A DNA stretch of 64,000 nucleotides from the NCBI GenBank assembly GCA_964585065.1, contig CAZPCB010000002.1, positions 166,967 to 230,966 of the forward strand, given 5' to 3'. This document shows, piece after piece, positions 29,394 through 38,539 of this stretch (the stretch's first letter is position 1; each line of letters starts with the position of its first letter). The translations under genes were made by a program, and so were the position numbers. The notes below the pieces were generated by a model. It did not search any database. It saw only the letters and a list, made by a program, of their open reading frames with translations, and was not told the origin of the DNA. This stretch comes from an uncultured Candidatus Saccharibacteria bacterium. Lineage in GTDB: Bacteria; Patescibacteriota; Minisyncoccia; SW-4-49-11.

Positions 29394-29915
29394 CTATAAA
29401 GTAGCCTCTCCTTCTTCCCATTCTACAGGACATAGACCTCCATTTTTTAGAGCTGAGAGAACTCTTACTGTCTCATCAATACTTCGCCCGACATTTAGGT
29501 CAGATACTACTGCGTATCGTAATATTCCAAGAGGATCAATAATGAAAGTTCCACGAAGGGAAACTCCGCCATCATTATCTACAAGAATATTATAATCATC
29601 TGCAGTTTCTTTACGAAAATCTGAGAGAAGTGGAAATTCTAATTTTCCTAAATCTTTTTCTACCCAAGCTTTATGTGAATGTACGCTATCTACACTAGCT
29701 CCAAGTACTTGAGCTCCAAGTTTATTGAATTCCTCAATTTGTTTGTTGAACCCTGTGATTTCAGTTGGACATACAAAGGTGAAATCAAGAGGGTAAAAGA
29801 ATAGTACTACCCATTTCCCAGATCCAGTGATATGGGATAATGAATATTCTGCAAATTTTCCATCTTGATATCCTTGTAAGGTGAAATCAGGGGCTGGTTG
29901 TCCTACTTTGATCAT
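29394..29915 (-). CDS. ahpC: 2-Cys peroxiredoxin
   Basis: FFYPLDFTFVCPTEI; resolving Cys in LCPVEW. Confidence 0.93.
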   Translation of the reverse strand: MIKVGQPAPDFTLQGYQDGKFAEYSLSHITGSGKWVVLFFYPLDFTFVCPTEITGFNKQIEEFNKLGAQVLGASVDSVHSHKAWVEKDLGKLEFPLLSDFRKETADDYNILVDNDGGVSLRGTFIIDPLGILRYAVVSDLNVGRSIDETVRVLSALKNGGLCPVEWEEGEATL

Positions 29916-30047
29916 AATTATAGTATTTATTGAATATTGAGTATATATGAATATACCATGTGTAGTATATCATAAAATAGCCTATATTTGAACTTATCTA
30001 CAATGACATCTAATTATGATATACTGGTATAAGAATAATACAATATT

Positions 30048-30644
30048 ATGATTGCGAGCTTATCTGGAAAAATTCAATATAAAAATCAGAATAGTCTTAT
30101 TGTGGATGTGAATGGAGTGGGGTATGCTATATTAGTAAATAGTATTACCTTGAGTTCACTGGGATTAGTAGGGGATGAGGTGTCACTCATTACCTATCTT
30201 GATGTTAAAGAGGATAGTTTAATTTTATTTGGATTTTTGGATATGTTATCATTTGAATTATTTAAGTATTTGATTTCAGTGAATGGAGTGGGGGCAAAAA
30301 GTGCCTTAGCTTTATTAGATCTTGATCAGCCTGAAGCTTTGATGAGAGCTATACAACAAGAAAGAGTCAATATACTCAATCAAGCTTCTGGTATTGGTAA
30401 AAAAACAGCCGAGAGAATTGTATTGGAGCTTCGAGATAAATTAGGTGCTTTAGCTTATATAGATGGGGGAGAGAATATTTCCTCCGATTCAACTCAAGAA
30501 TATCAAGGTACTCAAGATGTTTGGGATGCTCTGGAGTCTCTTGGGTATAAGTCAATACAAATTCAGAGAATTATGCCTCAATTAGATTCTAATCTTGAGG
30601 TGTCAGAGCAAATTCGCCAAGCCCTCAAATTATTACAAAAATAA
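30048..30644 (+). CDS. ruvA: Holliday junction branch migration protein RuvA
   Basis: DVNGVGY, VKED..LFGF, SVNGVGAK, GIGKKTAERIVLELRDK, ALESLGY. Confidence 0.96.
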   Translation: MIASLSGKIQYKNQNSLIVDVNGVGYAILVNSITLSSLGLVGDEVSLITYLDVKEDSLILFGFLDMLSFELFKYLISVNGVGAKSALALLDLDQPEALMRAIQQERVNILNQASGIGKKTAERIVLELRDKLGALAYIDGGENISSDSTQEYQGTQDVWDALESLGYKSIQIQRIMPQLDSNLEVSEQIRQALKLLQK

Positions 30645-30654
30645 CAATAATCAT

Positions 30655-31113
30655 ATGAGTATCTCAACTATATATATTGGATCTGATCATAGAGGATTTG
30701 ATCTCAAGCAACATATTATACAGTTTCTAAAGACAAAAGGAATAGAAATTATTGATATTGGGAATACAGTATATGATGAGCATGATGATTATCCTGACTA
30801 TGCTACTGAGGTGGCTCGTGCAGTTGCGTCTAATTCAGATTCACTTGGTATTTTAGTTTGTGGAACAGGAGTAGGTGTGAGTATAGTGGCAAATAAAATA
30901 CATGGTATTAGATCAGCGGTATTGAGTGCTATTGAGACAGTTGCTATAGCCCGAGCACATAATCATATTAATGTATTGGCCCTATCTGCTAATCTTGAAA
31001 TTGAGCAAATCCCCGATATAGTAGAAACTTTTATTGATACAGAACCATCTTTGGAAGAGAGGCATATTCGACGTTTGGCTAAAATAACTGAATTAGAATA
31101 TAATCAATTATAA
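30655..31113 (+). CDS. rpiB: Ribose-5-phosphate isomerase B
   Basis: GSDHRGFDLK, DDYPD, CGTGVG..ANKI.GIR, AR.HN..NVL, RH.RR. Confidence 0.95.
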   Translation: MSISTIYIGSDHRGFDLKQHIIQFLKTKGIEIIDIGNTVYDEHDDYPDYATEVARAVASNSDSLGILVCGTGVGVSIVANKIHGIRSAVLSAIETVAIARAHNHINVLALSANLEIEQIPDIVETFIDTEPSLEERHIRRLAKITELEYNQL

Positions 31114-31114
31114 T

Positions 31115-32956
31115 ATGGCAAATTCTCCTGAAAAATTAAAAGTATTGTCAGCTCTTGCTCGTTATTGGAGTCTTTATGCAACAACTCAAGCAGGCTCAGG
31201 TCATCCGAGCTCTTCTTTATCAGTAGCTGAATTGGGGGTTGGATTATTTTTTGGGGGAGAATTTCATTATGATATTACAGATTCTAAAAGTCCTTATAAT
31301 GATAGATTTATTTTATCAAAAGGTCATGCAGCACCTTTGCTGTATAGTCTTTGGCTATTAGCAGGAGTTATTACCCCAGAGGAAATACAAGAATTACGCG
31401 AATTCGACAGTGTATTAGAGGGACATCCGAGTAAACGATTTATTTTTACTGATGCTGCCACAGGTTCTCTCGGGCAAGGCGTAGGTATTGGAATAGGATA
31501 TGCTCTCAATGCTAAAAATTTTGATAAAACTAATATATATACCTATGTTTTATTGGGAGACAGTGAACTTGCAGAAGGTTCAATATGGGAAAGCGTTGAG
31601 AGTGCAGCCTATTATCAATTAAATAATCTTATTGCATTAATTGACATTAATCGATTAGGGCAAAGAGGTGAGACTATGCAGGGATATCATATAGATGTAT
31701 ATCGCCAGCGATTTGAGGCCTTTGGTTGGAATGTCATTGCAATTGATGGACATAATGTCACTGAAGTAGTGTCAGCTTTAACTAATGCCAAAAAATCAGA
31801 GAACCCAACAGTAATACTGGCTCAAACCATTAAAGGAAAAGGGATATCATTGATAGAGGATAAAGACAATTGGCATGGTAAGGCATTAAGTCAAGAACAA
31901 TTTGATGAATATATTCATGAATTAGGGGATATAGATTTGACTTTAAGAGCAGAAATACCAGTCCCCACAATTACCGGAATTACCCCCTATACTCCACCAG
32001 TTTTTGATGTAAATTCCTATCCCCGCTATGATTTGGATACATTGGTATCTGCCCGTAAAGCTTTTGGAGATGCTCTTGATATTTTGACCCGCAATTATTC
32101 AGACATTATTGTATTAGATGCTGAGGTAAGTAATTCTACTTTTGCGAGTCACGCCGACCCTGAGAGATTTATTGAGATGTTTATTGCAGAACAAAATATG
32201 ATTGAGGTTGCAATAGGATTGTCTCTGTCTGGTAAAAAACCTTTTGCCTCATCTTTTGCAGGATTTTTAACCAGAGCCTATGATCAAATTCGTATGGCAC
32301 AATATAATAATCCTAATATGGTTATTATAGGTACTCATGCAGGTATATCTATTGGAGCTGATGGACCATCTCAAATGGCACTTAATGATATTGCTTTTTT
32401 TAGAGGATTATTTGGCTCAATAGTATTATATCCAAGTGATGCGGTATCAGCTCTTAAATTGACTGAACAAGCTTATCTATATCAGGGTCTTAGTTATCTT
32501 CGTATAACGCGAGCAGATGTCCCAGTATTATACTCTCCAGATGAAACCTTTGTAGTGGGGGGGGGTAAAGTATTACATCAAAGCGAGGCGGATGAATATA
32601 CATTAATTGGAGCTGGAATTACTGTCTATGAATGTTTGAAAGCCTATGATATACTACAATCAAGAGGAGTCAGAGTTCGAGTTATTGACTTATATAGTAT
32701 AAAACCTCTTGATACAGCGACTTTACATAGTGCGGCTCGGGAGACCAAAGGATTTATTATTGTAGAAGATCATCATATTTCAGGAGGAATTGCAGAGGCA
32801 ATACGATCTGAGTTAGAAGATATATTAATACCAATACGATCTTTATCAGTACAAGAAATTCCACGTAGTGGTAGGCCAGAAGAATTATTAACCTTTGAGC
32901 AAATTAATGTGGATAGTATAATAGGACAAGTAGAAAGTCTAAGACAAGATATATGA
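31115..32956 (+). CDS. tkt: Transketolase
   Basis: SGHPSS, DRFILSKGHA, TGSLGQG, GDSELAEG ThDP motif, IAEQNM, DGPSQM. Confidence 0.95.
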   Translation: MANSPEKLKVLSALARYWSLYATTQAGSGHPSSSLSVAELGVGLFFGGEFHYDITDSKSPYNDRFILSKGHAAPLLYSLWLLAGVITPEEIQELREFDSVLEGHPSKRFIFTDAATGSLGQGVGIGIGYALNAKNFDKTNIYTYVLLGDSELAEGSIWESVESAAYYQLNNLIALIDINRLGQRGETMQGYHIDVYRQRFEAFGWNVIAIDGHNVTEVVSALTNAKKSENPTVILAQTIKGKGISLIEDKDNWHGKALSQEQFDEYIHELGDIDLTLRAEIPVPTITGITPYTPPVFDVNSYPRYDLDTLVSARKAFGDALDILTRNYSDIIVLDAEVSNSTFASHADPERFIEMFIAEQNMIEVAIGLSLSGKKPFASSFAGFLTRAYDQIRMAQYNNPNMVIIGTHAGISIGADGPSQMALNDIAFFRGLFGSIVLYPSDAVSALKLTEQAYLYQGLSYLRITRADVPVLYSPDETFVVGGGKVLHQSEADEYTLIGAGITVYECLKAYDILQSRGVRVRVIDLYSIKPLDTATLHSAARETKGFIIVEDHHISGGIAEAIRSELEDILIPIRSLSVQEIPRSGRPEELLTFEQINVDSIIGQVESLRQDI

Positions 32957-33621
32957 TAGAAGTCAAAAATTTATCAAAAATCTATCAAATGAATGCAGAG
33001 AACAAAGTCTTTGCATTAAATGATATTTCATTTACCGCCGAGACCAAAGAAATGGTGGCTATTATTGGAAGTTCTGGATCTGGAAAATCTACTCTTTTGA
33101 ATATATTGGGGGGACTTGATCGTATTTATGAGGGTGAGGTAATTGTAGATAATAAAGATATTAAAGATTATAACCCCAATATATATCGAAGATTTAAAGT
33201 TGGGACTATTTTTCAGCAATTTAATCTTATATCGGCTTTGAATGTACTGGAGAATATATTGCTTCCAGTCAAATTTGGAAAACAATTATCAGTGAAGGAA
33301 TCGGAAGATAGAGCAAAATATCTATTGGATAAAGTAGGTTTGTTAGATAGATTAAAGCATAAGCCAAGCGAACTATCAGGAGGACAAATGCAAAGAGTAG
33401 CTATTGCCCGAGCTTTGCTTGCGAAGCCAGAAATATTATTAGCTGATGAGCCAACAGGAAATCTGGATTCAGTTACCGGTAAGGAAATAATGCATTTATT
33501 ATTCGAATTAAATGCTGAAGAGAGTATGACTATGTTTCTTGTTACTCATGATTTACATTTGGCTGAGGGAATAGACAGGAAACTATTCTTACGAGATGGT
33601 AGAATAGTAGATAATATATAA
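32953..33621 (+). CDS. ABC transporter ATP-binding protein (LolD/MacB-like)
   Basis: GSSGSGKST, LSGGQMQR, LADEPTGNLD. Confidence 0.95.
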   Translation: MIEVKNLSKIYQMNAENKVFALNDISFTAETKEMVAIIGSSGSGKSTLLNILGGLDRIYEGEVIVDNKDIKDYNPNIYRRFKVGTIFQQFNLISALNVLENILLPVKFGKQLSVKESEDRAKYLLDKVGLLDRLKHKPSELSGGQMQRVAIARALLAKPEILLADEPTGNLDSVTGKEIMHLLFELNAEESMTMFLVTHDLHLAEGIDRKLFLRDGRIVDNI

Positions 33622-33624
33622 TAT

Positions 33625-34905
33625 ATGATTGGATATGCCATTAGTTTAGTCACAAGACGAAAATTAAGAACAATATTAACGAGTTTAGGTATTACTATTG
33701 CAGTTATTCTATTATCTTTGATTATTTTTGGAATGCAGGATCTTAAAAAATTATTAGTGAGTGCCATTCAGACACAATTCAAATCAAATGAAATATTTAT
33801 TTCTAATTCCGGGGGAGCTGGAGTTTTTGCGCCTCCATCAGCTGAAGAAACTGATGCGAATGAAACTACGCTTATTACTCAAGATGTGGTGAATAATATT
33901 AAAAAAATAGAAGGGGTAGACAATACAGTACCTGTTACTATTGTGAATAATCTTGAGATTAAAGTAGACGGTAAAGATAAAGCCTATAGCCCAGCTTTTA
34001 TATCGGGATGGGATATAAAGGGAGATGACACCTATTTTACTGATTTCTGGGGAGATAAAAGTAAGCCAGAAGGAAATAGTATTTTTGTTTCAAAATCAGT
34101 AGCTGAATTCTATGATATTAAACCAGAAGATTTAATTGGGAAAAAAGTAAGTTTTATTACCTCAAAAAGTGCTTTATTTGGCACAGTGAAAACTAAGGAA
34201 ATTCTCGATAGGAAATTCGACTATACTATCAAAGGAGTATTTGACCCAGGGTCAGATCGCAATGATGCTATTGTTTCCCTTGATACTTCTGTGGCAATTC
34301 TCACCGATATTGGCGGATTTGATTCTAAAGATGAATATATTTCATCAGTAGGATATGATTTACTTCGAGTAACAGGGGATGAGGCTAATATTAAAGGTAT
34401 TAAACAGGAAATAAAAGATACATATAATTTTAAAGGAATATTTACCGCAGATGATGTATTAGGATTCTTGAATCAAATTATTCAGGCCTTTACTATTGCT
34501 CTTATAGCATTTGGTACCATATCAGCAGTGATTGCAGCCATTGGAATTACCAATACTATGGTAATGAGTATTTATGAGCAAACCAAAGAAATTGGTATAT
34601 TAAAGGCAATGGGAGCATCTAATGGACAGATTTTAGGAGTATTCTTGATACAATCAGCTTTAATCGGATTATTAGGAGGTATAGTTGGGCTATTCGTAGT
34701 AATTGCAAGTATGCAAATTGGAAATATATTTATTGTACAACAACTCAAAGACATTGGTTTTGAAGTTGATACATTTTTCCATTTTAATCTTGGCTCAACT
34801 CTGATAATTGTAGCGATAAGTATATCTATTGGAATATTAGCAGGAATTTACCCGGCTCTTAAGGCTGCTACACTCAATCCAGTAAAAGCTTTAAGATCAG
34901 AATAA
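33625..34905 (+). CDS. ABC transporter permease (MacB/FtsX-like)
   Basis: LRTILTSLGI, GITNTM, EIGILKAMGA, GIYPA..A..LNPVKALR. Confidence 0.93.
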   Translation: MIGYAISLVTRRKLRTILTSLGITIAVILLSLIIFGMQDLKKLLVSAIQTQFKSNEIFISNSGGAGVFAPPSAEETDANETTLITQDVVNNIKKIEGVDNTVPVTIVNNLEIKVDGKDKAYSPAFISGWDIKGDDTYFTDFWGDKSKPEGNSIFVSKSVAEFYDIKPEDLIGKKVSFITSKSALFGTVKTKEILDRKFDYTIKGVFDPGSDRNDAIVSLDTSVAILTDIGGFDSKDEYISSVGYDLLRVTGDEANIKGIKQEIKDTYNFKGIFTADDVLGFLNQIIQAFTIALIAFGTISAVIAAIGITNTMVMSIYEQTKEIGILKAMGASNGQILGVFLIQSALIGLLGGIVGLFVVIASMQIGNIFIVQQLKDIGFEVDTFFHFNLGSTLIIVAISISIGILAGIYPALKAATLNPVKALRSE

Positions 34906-34955
34906 TTATACAAAGATCAAAAATAGGGTATAATAGAAAAAGATAAAATATAAAA

Positions 34956-36206
34956 ATGCAAAAAAAAGGGTTTACATTATTAGAGGTATTACTGGTTATC
35001 GCTTTAATAGGGATATTATTGACTATTATATTGGTAGTCCTCAATCCAAGGGAGCGTTTTGCTGTAGCTCGTAATGATGTTAGGAAATCTGATATACAAA
35101 AATTAGAAGGAGCTCTTACCCAATATCGCTTACAAGAGGGATCCTATCCTGCGGGACTTACTTCAACCTTACAAGAAATTTGTGACCCAGATATTAGTAA
35201 TCCTTCCGTAAATTGTGGTAGCTATATTAACTTATCATCTCTTGTCCCAACTTATATTCAATCCATACCACAAGATCCCCAAGACACTGATTCAACAGGA
35301 GGTTCTGGATATCAAGTTGCGGTAGATGTGACACGAAATGTAGTAGCACTAAAAGCAATACAGGCAGAATCCTCAGCTACAATATCTATTAATGACCCCT
35401 TATCATCGGCTCTACCAAGTACAGCGGTAAATACACCACTTGCAGCAAGTAACCCTTCCATAACTAGTCAAACTCCACCTTTAGTACCTAATACAGGAGA
35501 TGTATCGCTACTGCTCCATGCGGATGGTAGTTTTGCGGACAGTAGTCCTAATAATTTTGTTCCAATGAGTACTGGAGGGACTCCCGGAGTGAGTGGCGAG
35601 GGGGTGCAAATTAGTACTACTCAGAGCAAGTTTGGTGGTTCAAGCCTATTCTTCCCAGATGTGGACATAAATAATGCCCCCTATCCTGCGTTGTCATATT
35701 GGACACCTGAGTCTGGTGGATATAATTATTTCCCTGAGTTTAGCCTAGGAAATACTTATACAATTGAAGCATGGGTCTACGCAATTACACCCAGGGGAGG
35801 AATAGTTGAGAGGCTTGCTGGAGCTTTTTCACAGGAATATGGGTACTCTATGACGTTTGAAGGAGCACGAATAAAATGTTACTTTTACGGAACCTTCGAC
35901 GGTTCAGGATTTCAACAGTATATCTTAGCTCCTTCTGCATTTCCCACCTCAACCTGGGTTCATGTAGCGATGGTTCGTAGTGGAACAAACGGAGCCTTAT
36001 ACATTAACGGTGAGTCAGTTGGTACTATAAATAATCTTAACACTCCGCAAGGAAGTGTTAAGCCGGTTCGTATAGGTTCAAAAAGTGTTGGAAGCGGAGG
36101 AAATTATAACACTATCTTCTTCAACGGTTACATAGATGATCTACGTATCACTAAAGGAGTTGCCATATACACCTCTAACTTCACCCCACCTACTTCAGCT
36201 TTTTGA
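34956..36206 (+). CDS. Type IV pilin-like protein fused to a LamG/concanavalin-like domain
   Basis: KKGFTLLEVLLVIA; S/T/P linker; SLLLHADG, TIEAWVY, WVHVAMVR, GYIDDLRITKG. Confidence 0.88.
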   Translation: MQKKGFTLLEVLLVIALIGILLTIILVVLNPRERFAVARNDVRKSDIQKLEGALTQYRLQEGSYPAGLTSTLQEICDPDISNPSVNCGSYINLSSLVPTYIQSIPQDPQDTDSTGGSGYQVAVDVTRNVVALKAIQAESSATISINDPLSSALPSTAVNTPLAASNPSITSQTPPLVPNTGDVSLLLHADGSFADSSPNNFVPMSTGGTPGVSGEGVQISTTQSKFGGSSLFFPDVDINNAPYPALSYWTPESGGYNYFPEFSLGNTYTIEAWVYAITPRGGIVERLAGAFSQEYGYSMTFEGARIKCYFYGTFDGSGFQQYILAPSAFPTSTWVHVAMVRSGTNGALYINGESVGTINNLNTPQGSVKPVRIGSKSVGSGGNYNTIFFNGYIDDLRITKGVAIYTSNFTPPTSAF

Positions 36207-36254
36207 TGGGTTATATGTGACCACTTTTTCTGTTGATTAAAGAATTATTATTAC

Positions 36255-36455
36255 CGCTAGAGTAGTATATTGATCAGAGGTGATGGGTCTCGAGGTAATA
36301 CCTTTAATATCGGGGCAGGATTTACGAGTACTGCTCAGAGTATTATACAACAAAATGATGGGAACTTCGTTATAGGTGGCTATTTTGCTACTTATCAAGG
36401 AGTAGCAGAAGCTTATATAGCTCGTCTTAATACAGATGGAAGTAGTGCTCAGTAA
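36255..36455 (+). pseudogene. Remnant of a delta-60-type beta-propeller repeat
   Basis: DGSRGNTFNIGAGF..IIQQNDGNFVIGGYFATYQG..YIARLNTDGS; no ATG, in-frame TAG at 36258-36260, only about one repeat unit. Confidence 0.65.
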
Positions 36456-36517
36456 GATATTACCCTATCTTTTTTATCATAAATATTCTATACTAGGTCT
36501 AAGATAATGTATTATAT

Positions 36518-37180
36518 ATGAGTATTATAGTTCCCGCGATATTGGCAAGTACCAAACAAGAATTCCGAGAATATCTCAATCAAATTAAATCTGTAGCTCA
36601 TAATATTCAAATAGATATTATGGATGGTGAATTTGTGGAGAGTAAATCTTTATTCCCGAGAGAGTTTTTCTATGAAGATTTTGGAAGTCTCAAAGTGGAA
36701 ATTCATATTATGGCTACTTTCAAAAATACCCAAGATATTATTGAAAGCCTAAAATCATTTGCTCCTCTTACTCGTATTATTGTACATCAAGAAAGTTGTG
36801 AAAATCTTGAGCAATTGCGTCAATTAGTAAATCAAGTAAAGGGTATTAATAAAGAGATCTCTATTGCAATTAACCCCGATACTGATATACGAGATATTGG
36901 TAAAGTAGTAAAGAAAATTGAAGGAGTACAATTCATGGGTGTTAATCCCGGATTTTATGGAGCAGCATTACAAGAAAAGGTTTATAATAAAGTAACTGAA
37001 TTCAAAGAGCGTTATACTATGTATGAGGGAGATATAGCTTGGGATGGGGGAGTTAATAAAGACAATATTAGGACTATTCAAGATTTAGGTGTGAATCGTA
37101 TTGCTATTGGAAGTGGTATATTCAAATCAGATAATCCAGCTCAAAGTTATCAGGAATTAATTATTCTATTAAAGGCATAA
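36518..37180 (+). CDS. rpe: Ribulose-phosphate 3-epimerase
   Basis: IVPAIL, IDIMDGEFV, EIHIM, MGVNPGFYG, DGGVN. Confidence 0.92.
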   Translation: MSIIVPAILASTKQEFREYLNQIKSVAHNIQIDIMDGEFVESKSLFPREFFYEDFGSLKVEIHIMATFKNTQDIIESLKSFAPLTRIIVHQESCENLEQLRQLVNQVKGINKEISIAINPDTDIRDIGKVVKKIEGVQFMGVNPGFYGAALQEKVYNKVTEFKERYTMYEGDIAWDGGVNKDNIRTIQDLGVNRIAIGSGIFKSDNPAQSYQELIILLKA

Positions 37181-37191
37181 TTGAGACAATT

Positions 37192-38487
37192 ATGGCAAAT
37201 CCACTCATATCAAAACTAAAATCATATTATCATATTGCGATTACCTATGGAGCTCATATTATAACGGGTCGCCCAAGTGAATCAATGATAGTAATAGGAA
37301 TTACGGGAACTAAGGGTAAGACGAGTACTGTCTATGCTCTCTATCAAGTGCTTATCAAATTAGGGCTTAAGGTGGGATTGTCCTCTTCTGTATATACCAG
37401 TAATGGTAAAGAATTAATCAAAAATCCTATTCGAAATTCCATGCCAGGAAGAGGCAGAATTCATCAATTAATGAGAGAATCTCAACAAAATGGGGCGACT
37501 GTATTCATTGTAGAGGTTACTAGTGAGGGATTGGCTCAAAATCGTCATCTTGGTATTCATTTTGACTCTGTTGTAATTACCAATTTATATCCAGAGCATT
37601 TGGAAGCTCATGGAGGTTTTGAGAATTATAAAAGAGCTAAAGGAATATTATTCAACGTTTTTGATACAGCTAAGACTAAAACTGTGCAAGGCAAAGTCAT
37701 TCAGCCTATATCTTGGGTGAATCAAGATGATGAACATCAAGAATATTATCGCAACTTAACACAAAAAACAGTATATTCAATTGGGAAATCAGATAAGGCT
37801 CGTATACAAATGAAATCGATTGAATCAGATGAAAATGGATTGGTATTCACCTATACTGATAAAAATCTTAATACATCCTATCAAGTTACAACCCCAGTTC
37901 TAGGAGAATTTATGGGATATAATCTGTTATTTGTAATTGGTATAGCTCATTGGTTAGGTTTTGAATATGAAGCTATTAACAAAACTCTAGCTACATTAAA
38001 TGATATTCCGGGGCGTATGAATAAAATTGCCACAAATCCAACAATTTTTGTTGATTATGCCCATATTCCAGAAGCTTTAGAAAAAGTATATCAAACTATT
38101 AATTTAAGTTTTAAGGGTAAGGGAAAAACTATTGCCATATTAGGTTCTTGTGGTGGGGGAAGAGATACATGGAAGCGCTTACCAATGGGAAAAATTGCAG
38201 GACAAATGAATGATTATGTTATTGTAACAGATGAAGATCCCTATGATGAAAATCCCCAAGCTATTATTGATGAGGTATTCTCAGGGGTACTTGAGTCAGG
38301 AAAAATTGAGAATACGAATGCCTGGAAAGTATTATCTCGCCGAGATGCTATTATAAAAGCACTTGCTTTAGCTGAGAGAGAAGATGTGATTATTGTAACA
38401 GGGAAGGGGAGTGAAACTAGTATTATGAGAGCCAAGGGAGAAAAAGAAAATTGGAATGATACCGAGGTTGTTTTAAGCTTATTATGA
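37192..38487 (+). CDS. murE: UDP-MurNAc-tripeptide synthetase (Mur ligase)
   Basis: GITGTKGKTS, EVTSEG, TNL..EH, PGRM, VDYAH, GGRD..KR, TDEDPYDE, GKGSE. Confidence 0.85.
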   Translation: MANPLISKLKSYYHIAITYGAHIITGRPSESMIVIGITGTKGKTSTVYALYQVLIKLGLKVGLSSSVYTSNGKELIKNPIRNSMPGRGRIHQLMRESQQNGATVFIVEVTSEGLAQNRHLGIHFDSVVITNLYPEHLEAHGGFENYKRAKGILFNVFDTAKTKTVQGKVIQPISWVNQDDEHQEYYRNLTQKTVYSIGKSDKARIQMKSIESDENGLVFTYTDKNLNTSYQVTTPVLGEFMGYNLLFVIGIAHWLGFEYEAINKTLATLNDIPGRMNKIATNPTIFVDYAHIPEALEKVYQTINLSFKGKGKTIAILGSCGGGRDTWKRLPMGKIAGQMNDYVIVTDEDPYDENPQAIIDEVFSGVLESGKIENTNAWKVLSRRDAIIKALALAEREDVIIVTGKGSETSIMRAKGEKENWNDTEVVLSLL

Positions 38488-38539
38488 AAATAAAATAATC
38501 ATATGGTATACTAAAAAATAAGTAACCAATATATATAGT

